Shown here: piece after piece, positions 48,407 through 58,507 of the stretch | Layout of the letters: each line of letters opens with the position of its first letter | Position numbering within the stretch: the stretch's first letter is position 1 | Made by a program: the position numbers and the translations under genes | Origin: Rickettsia typhi | GTDB lineage: Bacteria > Pseudomonadota > Alphaproteobacteria > Rickettsiales > UBA1997 | Direction: 5' to 3' | DNA length: 62,137 nt | Assembly (NCBI GenBank): GCA_945900795.1 | Contig: CAMDJN010000001.1 | Location: 1 to 62,137 of the forward strand | The notes under the pieces: model-generated | Databases searched by the model: none | Seen by the model: the letters and a program-made list of their open reading frames with translations, nothing else | Told to the model about the DNA's origin: nothing

Positions 48407-49057
48407 TTATTCAGCTTTTGGTTTTTCAGTTGTAGTTGCAGGAGCTGCTGCGTTGGAAGAAATTTGTGACTTTCCTTCTCTTTCTTTTTCTAGCTCATCA
48501 AATAATTCCTTGGAAGCTTCTTGACTCTTGGCGATATTGTCTCTGCCAAGTTTGGATTTTAACAATCCAGCTTCAAGATTTTTTTGGCTATTTTCCAAGA
48601 ATTTTGAGTAATCTTCTTTTTTCAAAACCATTTGAACATAAAGGGTTCCGTCTTTTGCTTGGAAGATATTGATTCTTCTAACGCCAGAGAGTGGGAGGTT
48701 TTTGACAACGTCTTTAGTTGCTTGAGCAAAAAACTCTTCAACATCATCATTATCATTAACCTTCGCTGATTTTAGAGAGTTTTTAGTGATTCTGCTAATT
48801 TCAGATTGAATTGTAGCGGCAATGTTTCCCTTCGCATCAAGCTCCGCTTTCGGTAATTGAAATTTAATACCACCTCTTGACGGGCTAGCAATACCAACTC
48901 CACCAACACCATCTGCAACGGAGGGATCAAGTACCCAGGTTGGAAGATCTGACAATGAGCCACCAGCATCAACTGTTTTTACATCATCCTTTTTCTTGCA
49001 AGCAAACGAAAGAGACAGCGCTGCTATCGATGCGATAATGAGAATTTTATTTTTCAT
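48407..49057 (-). CDS. LPP20-family lipoprotein
   Basis: 216 aa. It has the lipobox LSFAC, then LPTWVLDPS...GVGIASPS...AELDAKGNIAATIQSEI. Confidence 0.55.
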   Translation of the reverse strand: MKNKILIIASIAALSLSFACKKKDDVKTVDAGGSLSDLPTWVLDPSVADGVGGVGIASPSRGGIKFQLPKAELDAKGNIAATIQSEISRITKNSLKSAKVNDNDDVEEFFAQATKDVVKNLPLSGVRRINIFQAKDGTLYVQMVLKKEDYSKFLENSQKNLEAGLLKSKLGRDNIAKSQEASKELFDELEKEREGKSQISSNAAAPATTTEKPKAE

Positions 49058-49106
49058 ATTTTTGTTGTGATTAGTTAAATTTAGTCACGAAGTTTGAGAG
49101 GTGAAA

Positions 49107-49241
49107 ATACCTCAACACGATTGAAAATACTAAGCTTAGTTGGCATATCGGAGCTCTCCTTAATGCGGGGCACGACTCGTGTCGTGTACTACAAATAAAA
49201 ACCTAACTCATTCCAAGTTTTTAAGCTCGTAGTGAGTGCGG
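49107..49241. repeat. Family B repeat, degenerate copy B4
   Basis: atacctcaacacgattgaaaatactaagcttagttggcatat...ggggcacgactcgtgtcgtgtactacaaataaaaacc is collinear with 51601-51730 but has diverged. Confidence 0.4.
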
Positions 49242-49317
49242 ACTTTCTAAAGCTGATAACTCCAACTGCTAAATTAAGCTCTTTTGTGAGAAAGAAAAAT
49301 GCAAGATGATTTCTTTT

Positions 49318-50112
49318 TTATTTGTAAAAGTGGCGAAGTACTAAACTACCGTTTCCGATACGGAGTCTTTCAATAATCGCATTGTAAACATAGTCATTAG
49401 CTTTTCTTACCGACTCAATAATTCCAATTTTTTTTGCTATATTGCAGGCAATGGAGGTTGCGAGCGCGCATCCGGTGCCATGAATATTTTTATGTCCGAT
49501 TTTTTTATTAGTAATGATGTGAATTTTGTCTTTCTCATCAAGCAAAATGTTGTAAATATTTTTATCTGCAAAGCTGAGATGCCCACCTTTTACTAAAACA
49601 TTTTTTGCCCCCAAATTTTTTATTCTTCTGGCCGCAACCTGCATTTCCTCTAGACTACCAATCTTCATGTCTGCCAAAATTTCAGCTTCGTCAATATTTG
49701 GAGTTACCAAATAAGAACTGCTGATAAGTCTTGATTTTAGTGCGTCTACAGCACTTTTCCTTAGTAAAGAATCGCCAGATGTTGAAATCATTACCGTATC
49801 CAAAACTAAGGGAATTCTCTTATCTAATATGTCCGCTATGCAATGAATGACTTGGCTAGTGCCAAGCATTCCGATTTTTATTACATCGAAATTAATATCA
49901 TCCAAAAGGGTTTCGATTTGGGTTCGTAAAAATGAAATTGGGGGAGTATGAATCGTGACAACTTTTTGTGTATTTTGTGCAGTAAGGCAGGTGATGACGG
50001 AGGAGGAATAAACTTGATGAGCGCATGCAGTTTTGATATCAGCTTGAATACCTGCGCCTCCTGAGGGATCTGATCCGGCAATGATAAGAATTTTTTTTAG
50101 TTTTTGCACCAA
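49318..50112 (-). CDS. thiD: Hydroxymethylpyrimidine/phosphomethylpyrimidine kinase
   Basis: 264 aa. It has IAGSDPSGGAGIQADIKT, KIGMLG and HGTGCALATSIA. Confidence 0.9.
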   Translation of the reverse strand: MVQKLKKILIIAGSDPSGGAGIQADIKTACAHQVYSSSVITCLTAQNTQKVVTIHTPPISFLRTQIETLLDDINFDVIKIGMLGTSQVIHCIADILDKRIPLVLDTVMISTSGDSLLRKSAVDALKSRLISSSYLVTPNIDEAEILADMKIGSLEEMQVAARRIKNLGAKNVLVKGGHLSFADKNIYNILLDEKDKIHIITNKKIGHKNIHGTGCALATSIACNIAKKIGIIESVRKANDYVYNAIIERLRIGNGSLVLRHFYK

Positions 50113-50113
50113 A

Positions 50114-51409
50114 TCAATATTTTAAAAATCTATCTAGTGGCTCTTCAGCTATTTCAAATTTTCCATTACCAACCTGCAATACAGCTAGATTGCGCTGTAC
50201 CAAACCATTTGGTAAAAATCTAAATAATCCGTCAATTCCTTCGAAGCCGTTCTTGGGAGGGTTAGTTTGTTCAACAAAGTTTTTTGCGGTAGGTATTTCG
50301 CCGTTCCTGTAGTCTACCATTTTTGAAACCAGCGCTACGGCGTCGTAAACTAAAGAAGAGACCCTAACCGGCTGTTTGTGACAGATCTCGAAATAAGACT
50401 TTTCAAATTCTCTAAATTTTTTATTTTCTGGAGCGGCAAACCAGCTACCAACAAGGTTTGGATCATTCACCGTTGAAATGTCATCCCATTGACTTGTGCC
50501 AATGATTTTGAAATTTCTTTCATCGCCATTTTGATTTTTAATTGAAGCCGCAATCTTCGATAAAACTTTTCCCGATTCCGGAACCATTATCACTTGAGGG
50601 TAGATTTTATCTGATTCCGTCACCACTAAATTTTTTTTATTTTTTGCTCTAGTAATCCTTGATGAAAGAGTGAAGGAATTGATCACCCTATTTACAACCC
50701 GATCTATCGTTTTATCCGAACCATTTTCGTAAAATTCTGCCGTAACAAGTGTTGCATCGCGATTTTTTACAACCTCTTTAAAAATGCTGTGAATTGTGGT
50801 TCCATACTGATTATTGGGGGCGATAATTGCGAAGCTGAATTTGCCCTTATCGAGAGCGAAACTGACAATCTTGTCAATCTGCATTTCTGGTATCATCCCG
50901 GCAATAAAGATTCCGCCGTTGCCATACATTTTATCTGCCAATTGTTGATTATTGGAAAGCGAGATAACGGTTATTTCATTGCGCTTCACATCATTTTCGA
51001 TTGCCTCTATTGCTGAGCTAAAAACTGGACCGATTACGATTTTAATTTTACGATTGACTATTTCCTTGAACGCTTGCGCAGCTTCTGCTGGAGTGTCTTT
51101 ACTATCCACCATCACAAGTTCAACATTGTTGTTCATGTCGTTGGCAAAAAGTGACAATGTGGCAGCGTTAAAGATGTTCCAACCAAGTTCCTTGTTTTTT
51201 CCAGAGAATGGTAAAAACAAGGCAACCTGAACTTTTATATTACCGCCAATTTTGTTTAAATTTTCGCTTGGAATTTTGTCATACTGATCGTCACTCGTTC
51301 CAGGATGTTCTTTTGGTGCAGCTTCAAATGGACTAACAATCATTGAGCTCTTGCAGCCATTCAGACTCATCGATGAAAGAATGATTAAGATCTTAAGTAT
51401 TTTTTTCAT
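50114..51409 (-). CDS. lpoA: Penicillin-binding protein activator LpoA-like lipoprotein (periplasmic binding protein fold)
   Basis: 431 aa. It has the lipobox SLNGC and a type I periplasmic-binding-protein-like body. It is divergent from rsmI-yraN, the arrangement conserved in E. coli (yraM/yraL/yraN). Confidence 0.6.
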   Translation of the reverse strand: MKKILKILIILSSMSLNGCKSSMIVSPFEAAPKEHPGTSDDQYDKIPSENLNKIGGNIKVQVALFLPFSGKNKELGWNIFNAATLSLFANDMNNNVELVMVDSKDTPAEAAQAFKEIVNRKIKIVIGPVFSSAIEAIENDVKRNEITVISLSNNQQLADKMYGNGGIFIAGMIPEMQIDKIVSFALDKGKFSFAIIAPNNQYGTTIHSIFKEVVKNRDATLVTAEFYENGSDKTIDRVVNRVINSFTLSSRITRAKNKKNLVVTESDKIYPQVIMVPESGKVLSKIAASIKNQNGDERNFKIIGTSQWDDISTVNDPNLVGSWFAAPENKKFREFEKSYFEICHKQPVRVSSLVYDAVALVSKMVDYRNGEIPTAKNFVEQTNPPKNGFEGIDGLFRFLPNGLVQRNLAVLQVGNGKFEIAEEPLDRFLKY

Positions 51410-51439
51410 GGAGTTTTAGAGGAAATTTTTTATACAAAT

Positions 51440-51582
51440 GGAACCTCTAAAAAGCCTGGATTTTTCGAGGCATTTTTAGGAAGATCAGTTTGCGAGCAGG
51501 TAAGCGTACTTAGAGGTACGTGCTCGCGAGCAAATTGGTCTGACGACAAAATTACCGGAAAAGATGGTTGTTCAGAGGCTCC
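51440..51582. mobile_element. Family A MITE, copy A3 (subfamily 2)
   Basis: ggaacctctaaaaagcctggatttttcgagg...gcgagcaggtaagcgtacttagaggtacgtgctcgcgag...ttcagaggctcc is near-identical to 60757-60907. Confidence 0.8.
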
Positions 51583-51600
51583 AAAAGAGCTCGTCAAGGC

Positions 51601-51730
51601 TATATACCAAACACGATTGAAGATACCGAACTCTGTTTGGTATATGGGGACCCCGCAAGGCGGGGCGCGAATCGTGTCGCGTAAAAATAAAAAATATACC
51701 CGATCAACTTCTTGAAGTTGGTTGGGTATA
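51601..51730. repeat. Composite hairpin repeat, family B, copy B2
   Basis: tataccaaacacgattgaagataccgaactctgtttggtata, ggggaccccgcaaggcggggcgcgaatcgtgtcgcg and tatacccgatcaacttcttgaagttggttgggtata make up the copy. It is the inverted counterpart of B1. Confidence 0.75.
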
Positions 51731-51756
51731 GTAACCTTTTTTCCAGATTAAACTTT

Positions 51757-52638
51757 ATGCAAGATTTTTTTCCCAATTTAAAAAACCAGATAAAAATTGA
51801 AAATGCACTTTATGTTGTAGCGACGCCAATAGGTAATCTAGGCGATATTACGTTACGTGCTTTACAGGTTTTAAGTGGAGTAGATTTTGTAATTTGTGAG
51901 GACACAAGAGTTTCCAATAAACTGCTAGAAGCTTACGAAATCAGGGAAAAGAAGATGATTACTTACAATGATCATTGCGATGAAAAAGTCAGAAACAAGA
52001 TTTTTGATTTGTTAATACGGGGCCACTCAATGGCCTTGATAAGCGATGCCGGAACGCCGTTAATATCAGATCCTGGTTACAAATTGGTGAATTTTTTGCG
52101 CATAAATAATAGAAAAATTATTCCGATTCCCGGCGCTTCGGCAGTCGCATCTGCGCTTTGCGTTAGTGGTTTGGCATGTGATAATTTTCTATTTTTAGGA
52201 TTCCTTCCTTCTTCTAAAATTCAAAAAGAAAAACTTTTAAAATCTTTACCAAGAGAATTCACGCTTGTGTTTTTTGAAGCCGCAAATCGAGTAATAGAAA
52301 GCTTAGAATTGATCCAAAAAAATCTTGGAAATCGTAAAATTTGTGCGGCTAGGGAAATAACAAAGCTTTACGAAGAGATTGTTTCTGACGAAGTGGAGAA
52401 TGTTTTGCAATTTTTCGTGAAGCAGTCGGAGAAGTTACGGGGTGAATTTGTTATTCTGGTTGAAAAGGCCGATAAAAATGAAAATAATTTTACCGAAGAA
52501 GAGTTGATAAAACAAATAGGAAGCGCGATTAGTTCGGGTTTGAGTCTTAAAGATTTATCAAGTGATTTGTCAGAAATTTATGGAATCAAGAAAAAGGAAG
52601 TCTACCAACTGGCGCTCTCCATATCGAAAAAAGAATAG
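51757..52638 (+). CDS. rsmI: 16S rRNA (cytidine1402-2'-O)-methyltransferase
   Basis: It has LYVVATPIGNLGDITLRAL, CEDTRVS and SDAGTPLISDPG. The start is taken at ATG 51757, because upstream codons lie inside repeat B2. Confidence 0.9.
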   Translation: MQDFFPNLKNQIKIENALYVVATPIGNLGDITLRALQVLSGVDFVICEDTRVSNKLLEAYEIREKKMITYNDHCDEKVRNKIFDLLIRGHSMALISDAGTPLISDPGYKLVNFLRINNRKIIPIPGASAVASALCVSGLACDNFLFLGFLPSSKIQKEKLLKSLPREFTLVFFEAANRVIESLELIQKNLGNRKICAAREITKLYEEIVSDEVENVLQFFVKQSEKLRGEFVILVEKADKNENNFTEEELIKQIGSAISSGLSLKDLSSDLSEIYGIKKKEVYQLALSISKKE

Positions 52639-52975
52639 AAAAACTTATAACTTTGGTATTCTGTCTGAAAAAATTGTGATGATTTTTTTGCGATTAAAGT
52701 TGTACAGAATTCTGCAATGGCGATATAGATCGCCATTCGGGGAAATCGATATTATTGCTAAGAAATCAAAAACCATCATCATCGTTGAAGTGAAGGCAAG
52801 AAGGTCTAAAGTCTTAACGGAGGAGGTTCTGCGACCAAAACAAATTCGTCGTCTAAAAAACTCAGCAGAATTTTTTGTTGCCAAAAATCCAGAATTTCAT
52901 AATCATAATTTGCGTTTTGACCTAGTTGAAGTTACTCAGTTTTTGCTTCCCAAGCATCGCAAGAATTTTTTTTGA
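52580..52975 (+). CDS. yraN: YraN-family (UPF0102) endonuclease-like protein
   Basis: It has GILSEKIVMIFLRLKLYRILQWRYRSPFGEIDIIA...IIIVEVKAR...RFDLVEV. The start is uncertain (GTG 52562 or ATG 52580), and the gene overlaps the rsmI 3' end. Confidence 0.75.
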   Translation: MESRKRKSTNWRSPYRKKNRKTYNFGILSEKIVMIFLRLKLYRILQWRYRSPFGEIDIIAKKSKTIIIVEVKARRSKVLTEEVLRPKQIRRLKNSAEFFVAKNPEFHNHNLRFDLVEVTQFLLPKHRKNFF

Positions 52976-53073
52976 AATATCGAGGTTGAAATTTTCCAAC
53001 CCCATTTCATAAATCGTTCCGAGTTCAATCATTCAAAATGTTCGACATTCTCCTAACAATCTAAATTAACCTC

Positions 53074-53616
53074 GTGAGACCAATAAAATCGCATCCTCAA
53101 CCTACAGCTTCCAACAATCCTTTTAAAATTAACGAGCAGATTAAGTCGGCAGAGATTAGGTTGATCGATCATGAGGGAACGATGATTGGGGTGACAACGG
53201 TTGTTGACGGGATTAGGATGGCTAGGGATGTTGGTCTTGATTTGGTTGAAGTCTCTCCGAACGCTAGCCCGCCAGTTTGTAAGATCGCAAATTTTGGCAA
53301 GATGAAATATGAAATTCAGAAAAAAACTGCTGATTCTAGAAAGAAGCAAAAGGTGGTTGAGGTCAAAGAAGTCAAGATGACAATCAACATCGGCAAGGGT
53401 GATTACGATACAAAAATCAGACATACAAAAAAATTCATCGAAAATGGAGATAAGGTCAGAGTCTCAATTAGGATGAAAGGAAGAGAAATTACGCATCGAG
53501 ATCTCGCTGAAAAAATGATGGTTAATATTTTGAAAGATGTGGATGATTTTGCGAAGGCAGAAGTTTTTCCGAAGCTAGAGGGGATGCAGATGGTCACTAT
53601 TCTAATTAAAAAATAA
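53074..53616 (+). CDS. infC: Translation initiation factor IF-3
   Basis: 180 aa. It has INEQIKSAEIRLIDHEG...GV, PPVCKIANFGKMKYE and VKEVKM. The start is non-ATG (GTG), which is common for infC. Confidence 0.9.
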   Translation: MRPIKSHPQPTASNNPFKINEQIKSAEIRLIDHEGTMIGVTTVVDGIRMARDVGLDLVEVSPNASPPVCKIANFGKMKYEIQKKTADSRKKQKVVEVKEVKMTINIGKGDYDTKIRHTKKFIENGDKVRVSIRMKGREITHRDLAEKMMVNILKDVDDFAKAEVFPKLEGMQMVTILIKK

Positions 53617-53628
53617 CTAAAAAAAGTC

Positions 53629-56600
53629 ATGCAAACTCTAATCGGTGATGTAGTCGGTTTTTTGCAAAAAAAGAAACGCTACTCAAGTCTTGATAAGAAA
53701 AATTTTAGTAAGTTTGTAGAAATTTTTTACCTAGAGAATAAGCCAAATGATTTTGTAAATTACTCGCATGATGAGTTGTGCGACGCTGTTATAGCCAGTG
53801 CAGATTTTTTTCACACAAGGAAGCGAGGTAAGCTCAAAATCAGAGTTTACAACCCCACGTTAAAAGACCATGGCTTTGAATCGCCACACACTTTTGTTGA
53901 TATTGTCAATGATGACATGCCATTCCTTGTTGATTCCGCAGTATTGAATCTTGAGAAACGTGGTCTTGTGATTAATAACATAATCCATCCAACTTACCAC
54001 GTCATTCGTGATAAAAGTGGCTTGCTGCAAGAAATTTCAAACGCAAAAGGCTCATCTAAAGAGTCAGTGATGCAATTTCACTTAGATAAAATTTCCTCAC
54101 AATCCGAGCTCAAATCAGTTGAAAAAAATATTGGAGATATTCTAGAGACCATCTCATTGGTTGTGGATGACTGGAAGCCCATGTTAGACCTTGCTAAGGT
54201 TGCGCAAAAGCAAATTAAAAATGCTAAAGCAATCGTAAAAGATGTGGGTGACATTGCTGAGATTGAAGACTTCATCTCTTGGATGACTGGCGGAAATTTC
54301 ATTCTTCTTGGGGCGAAGGAATTTAACATTAAGCAGGCAAAAAAAAATGAATATTTTTTAGAGGAGGTGCAGAATTCCTCCTTTGGAATTTTTCGATCCA
54401 AGTGTGCTGATCTAAGGCCGGAAGTGGTTAATTCTTCTTTCGAAGAAGTTGCTGATTCGGTTACGAATCCTTACATAGTCGAAATTTTAAAATCGCGTTA
54501 TCGCTCAAGAATCCACAGATTGGCCAATGCGGAAAGAATACGTATCCAAAAAATTCAAGTAGATGAAGATGGTGCGAAAGTAATAGGAGAGTTTCGGTTT
54601 ATAGGTTTATTTACTTCTTCTACCTACCACGAAAAGGCGGACTCTATCCCGCTTGTTCGAAATAAAATTTCTAAAGTTATTGCTGACTCAGGCTACGGCA
54701 AAGGAAGTCATAACCACAAAGATCTCGTCTCAGTTCTCGAATCTTATCCAAGAGATGAGCTTTTTCAAATTAGCTCAAAAGATTTGCTTAAGAATGCTAC
54801 CGGCATAGTTGCGATTTGCGGTCGTTCGCAAGTAAGATTTTTTGCTCGCAAAGATAAATTCTCTCGCTTTGTTAGCTGCCTGATTTTCATGCCACGAGAC
54901 CATAGCAATTCTGAGCTAAGAGAAAAGATCAAAAATTATTTGTCTGAAATTTACTGCGGAGAAATTGCGGATTCATTCGTTCAAATCACTGACTCGACCT
55001 TGATGAGATTTCATGTCATTGTTAGGACGAATAAAAAAATTCCTGAAATTGATGAGTCTAAAGTTGAGCGTGAAATTACTAACATGACCAGAATTTGGGG
55101 CGATGATTTGCTTGAGATGATAAAGCAAAAATTCGGTGATGAAAAATACCTTCCGTTTTTAACCAGATATAAAAAAGCATTCTCCATCAGTTACATGAAT
55201 CGTTTTGAACCAGCACAGGCGGTGAACGACATTGGTTTTGTAGAAGAATGTTTAGAAAAAAAATCTGTTATTTTCAACCTTTACGAATCTTCAAATCCAT
55301 TACTAAAAGATGTTACGAAGTTAAAGATTTATAGTCACGGGAAGGAGCTAATTCTTTCAGAAATTATGCCAATTTTGGAGAGTTTTGGTTTTAATGTAAT
55401 TCAAGAACAGATCTACTTAGTTAGTATCAATGAAGATGAAAAAATAAGATCAAGACAGAATATCTGGATACATCACTTCCATCTCAATTTAAGTAAGTCC
55501 GGCGCTCAATTTTCTTTGGAAATTAAGAAAAATTTTGAGGAAACAATTTCATCGATTTGGAACGGGGCTGCTCGCGTTAGTCTGCTGAATCGTTTGGTTG
55601 TTGCGGCCAGGCTGAACTGGAGGCAGATATATTCGCTTCGTGCTTACACAAAATATCTTTACCAAACCGGCTTCCATTACAGTCAAAGCTGCGTTGCAGA
55701 TGTTCTAGTTAATCATCATGAAGTTACTAAGCTTTTGGTGGAATTGTTTGAAACAAAATTTGATCCATCTTTAAAAACCACTTTTGCAGCACGCCAGAAG
55801 CAAGTTGGTGAAATTTCGAATCAAATTGAACAGCGTCTAGCCAATCTCAAAGAGATAACCGATGACAATGTGCTCCGACGGTTTTTTGGTGCAATAAATG
55901 CTACGTTGCGCACCAACTACTATCAATCAAGCCTTGATACCGTTAGCTTTAAGGGTTATGTTTCATTCAAGTTTGATTCTCAAAAAGTTCCGGGATTACC
56001 TCTTCCAATTCCTTATGCGGAAATTTTTGTCTATTCCGCAAGGGTTGAAGCTATTCACTTAAGGGGTGGAAAGGTTGCGCGTGGGGGGCTTCGTTGGTCT
56101 GATCGTAATGAAGATTTTAGAACGGAAGTTCTCGGATTAATGAAAGCGCAAATGACCAAAAATGCCGTAATCGTACCGGTTGGCTCTAAGGGTGGATTTG
56201 TGCTGAAGCGTGATGTTTCTGGCTTAAGCCGCGATGAAATTCAGCAAGAAGGAATAGAATGTTACAAAACTTTTCTTCGTGGAGTTCTGGATGTTACAGA
56301 CAATGTAATCAATGGCGAAGTTGTTCACCCAAAAGACGTGGTGATGTATGATGCTGCTGATCCATATCTTGTAGTTGCTGCAGATAAGGGCACGGCAACA
56401 TTCTCTGACATCGCAAATTCAATTTCTGCTGAATATAATTTTTGGCTTGGTGACGCTTTTGCTTCTGGCGGTTCAGTTGGGTATGATCACAAAAAAATGG
56501 GAATTACCGCAAAGGGCGCTTGGATTTCTGTTATGCGCCATTTTCGTGAAGTTGGGATTGATACGCAGAAACAAGATTTTACCTGCATTGGTATTGGAGA

Positions 56601-58473
56601 TTTGGCTGGTGACGTGTTTGGTAACGGAATGCTTTTGTCCAAGCATATCAAGCTTGTAGCAGCCTTCAATCATCTTCACATCTTTTTTGATCCAAATCCA
56701 GATGCGGCAAAATCATTTTCTGAACGTGATCGCATGTTTAGGCTTCCACGCTCATCTTGGGTGGATTACGACAAATCTTTGATTTCCAAAGGTGGAGGTG
56801 TATTTGAAAGAAGTGCTAAATCAGTAAAAATTTCTACTGAAGTAAAAGCGGTTTTAGGAATTGAAGATAATGAATTAACGCCAACCGACCTTATCCTCGC
56901 CATTTTAAAAGCTCCTGTTGATTTGCTCTGGAATGGGGGAATAGGTACTTACGTAAAAGCGTCGGAAGAATCGAATCAAGAAGTTGGTGATCGTGCGAAC
57001 GATGTCCTTAGAATCAATGGAAGTGAGCTTCGCTGTAAGGTAGTAGGTGAGGGTGGTAATTTAGGATTTACCCAAAAAGGTCGTATCGAATATGCCTTAA
57101 AGGGTGGAAGAATAAACACTGATGCAATGGACAACTCGGCCGGCGTTGATTGTTCCGACCATGAAGTGAATATTAAAATTGCCCTAACCTCCGCATTACG
57201 CAGTAAAAAAATTACACTTGAAGAACGAAATAAAGTTCTTGAATCCATGACTGATGAGGTTTCTGAGTTAGTGTTAAGTGACAATCGCTTACAAACTCAG
57301 GCAATATCAGTTGCTAATTTTCAAGGTATTTCTCTCATTGGTGATCAATCGCAATTTTTGGATAAATTGGAAAAATCCGGATTGCTTAATCGTAAAATTG
57401 AATTCCTTCCATCCAAGCAAGAGCTAAACAAAAGGCAAAATGAAAAGATTGGCCTAACTAAGCCGGAACTTTGCGTGATGTTGGCTTACTCCAAAATGGA
57501 TATTTATAATTCCTTGCTTACCTCGGATCTTCTCAAAGATAAATATTTTGAACATGATTTGCTTTCTTACTTCCCGAAAGTCATGCAACAAAAATTTGGG
57601 GATGAAGTTCTGAATCATCAGCTGCGCAACGAGATTATCGCTACTCAAATCACAAATTTTGTAGTGAATAGAATGGGGATAACTTTTGTTACTCAGATTT
57701 GCCAGGATAATGGATTCGGTCTTATTGAGGTGGTTAAAAATTTAATTATCGCCTGTGATTCATTCAGGCTTAGAGAGATTTGGGAAAAGATCGAAAATCT
57801 TAATGACTCTGTTGCATTGCATATTCAAATGCAAATGTTTCTAAGTGTTAATAAGCTTTTGGAGAGGTCAGTTACATGGCTTTTACGCAATCAGTCGAAA
57901 GAAAATTTAGAAACTACGATTGTTCGTTTTAGAAAAATAGCTGATGAACTTTCTTCGATTCTTTCTCAAGTTTTAGCTACTGCCTCGAGAGAATCTTTTG
58001 AGAGGAAGATAGAGAGTTACCGCCTCAACAATGTTGATGAAAAATTAGCAGAAAAGGTTGCGGCATTAGACTTGATCGCTTCTACCTTTGATATCGCAGA
58101 AATCTCTAATGCATCAAATTTTGACATCAAAATTATTGCCAAAATTTATTTCGTGATTGGCGCGAGATTCTCTTTACAATGGCTTCGCAATAAGGCTTCA
58201 GAAATAATTTTTGATAATTATTGGCAGAAGCTTTCTGGCAAAGCAGTTCTTGAGGATACCTATTCCTATCAGATGCGGATTGCTAAATCGGTTGTGAATT
58301 TTAGTTGTAATGATCAGACGTTGTGTGAAGTAGAGTCGCTTAATAAGTGGATCAAGCACAATAATTTTTTAGTCGAACGTTTTGATAATTTTATCTCTGA
58401 ACTTAAGACCGGAAGCAATTACGATTTATCGGTGTTTATTGTGGCGTTGAACAGGATTAAATCCTTAGGTTAG
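53629..58473 (+). CDS. gdh: NAD-specific glutamate dehydrogenase, large (about 180 kDa) type
   Basis: 1614 aa. It has RGGLRWSDRNEDFRTEVLGLMKAQMTKNAVIVPVGSKGGFV, VVAADKGTATFSD and GGSVGYDHKKMGITAKGAW. Confidence 0.9.
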   Translation: MQTLIGDVVGFLQKKKRYSSLDKKNFSKFVEIFYLENKPNDFVNYSHDELCDAVIASADFFHTRKRGKLKIRVYNPTLKDHGFESPHTFVDIVNDDMPFLVDSAVLNLEKRGLVINNIIHPTYHVIRDKSGLLQEISNAKGSSKESVMQFHLDKISSQSELKSVEKNIGDILETISLVVDDWKPMLDLAKVAQKQIKNAKAIVKDVGDIAEIEDFISWMTGGNFILLGAKEFNIKQAKKNEYFLEEVQNSSFGIFRSKCADLRPEVVNSSFEEVADSVTNPYIVEILKSRYRSRIHRLANAERIRIQKIQVDEDGAKVIGEFRFIGLFTSSTYHEKADSIPLVRNKISKVIADSGYGKGSHNHKDLVSVLESYPRDELFQISSKDLLKNATGIVAICGRSQVRFFARKDKFSRFVSCLIFMPRDHSNSELREKIKNYLSEIYCGEIADSFVQITDSTLMRFHVIVRTNKKIPEIDESKVEREITNMTRIWGDDLLEMIKQKFGDEKYLPFLTRYKKAFSISYMNRFEPAQAVNDIGFVEECLEKKSVIFNLYESSNPLLKDVTKLKIYSHGKELILSEIMPILESFGFNVIQEQIYLVSINEDEKIRSRQNIWIHHFHLNLSKSGAQFSLEIKKNFEETISSIWNGAARVSLLNRLVVAARLNWRQIYSLRAYTKYLYQTGFHYSQSCVADVLVNHHEVTKLLVELFETKFDPSLKTTFAARQKQVGEISNQIEQRLANLKEITDDNVLRRFFGAINATLRTNYYQSSLDTVSFKGYVSFKFDSQKVPGLPLPIPYAEIFVYSARVEAIHLRGGKVARGGLRWSDRNEDFRTEVLGLMKAQMTKNAVIVPVGSKGGFVLKRDVSGLSRDEIQQEGIECYKTFLRGVLDVTDNVINGEVVHPKDVVMYDAADPYLVVAADKGTATFSDIANSISAEYNFWLGDAFASGGSVGYDHKKMGITAKGAWISVMRHFREVGIDTQKQDFTCIGIGDLAGDVFGNGMLLSKHIKLVAAFNHLHIFFDPNPDAAKSFSERDRMFRLPRSSWVDYDKSLISKGGGVFERSAKSVKISTEVKAVLGIEDNELTPTDLILAILKAPVDLLWNGGIGTYVKASEESNQEVGDRANDVLRINGSELRCKVVGEGGNLGFTQKGRIEYALKGGRINTDAMDNSAGVDCSDHEVNIKIALTSALRSKKITLEERNKVLESMTDEVSELVLSDNRLQTQAISVANFQGISLIGDQSQFLDKLEKSGLLNRKIEFLPSKQELNKRQNEKIGLTKPELCVMLAYSKMDIYNSLLTSDLLKDKYFEHDLLSYFPKVMQQKFGDEVLNHQLRNEIIATQITNFVVNRMGITFVTQICQDNGFGLIEVVKNLIIACDSFRLREIWEKIENLNDSVALHIQMQMFLSVNKLLERSVTWLLRNQSKENLETTIVRFRKIADELSSILSQVLATASRESFERKIESYRLNNVDEKLAEKVAALDLIASTFDIAEISNASNFDIKIIAKIYFVIGARFSLQWLRNKASEIIFDNYWQKLSGKAVLEDTYSYQMRIAKSVVNFSCNDQTLCEVESLNKWIKHNNFLVERFDNFISELKTGSNYDLSVFIVALNRIKSLG

Positions 58474-58507
58474 CTTCTCTAGGCTAGTCTTAAACTCCCC
58501 TTCACGT

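Noticed and set aside
53053-53424. 123-aa ORF antisense to infC, with a further one at 53403-53630
   Set aside because: These overlap a strongly supported IF-3 gene on the opposite strand, and I recognise no motifs.
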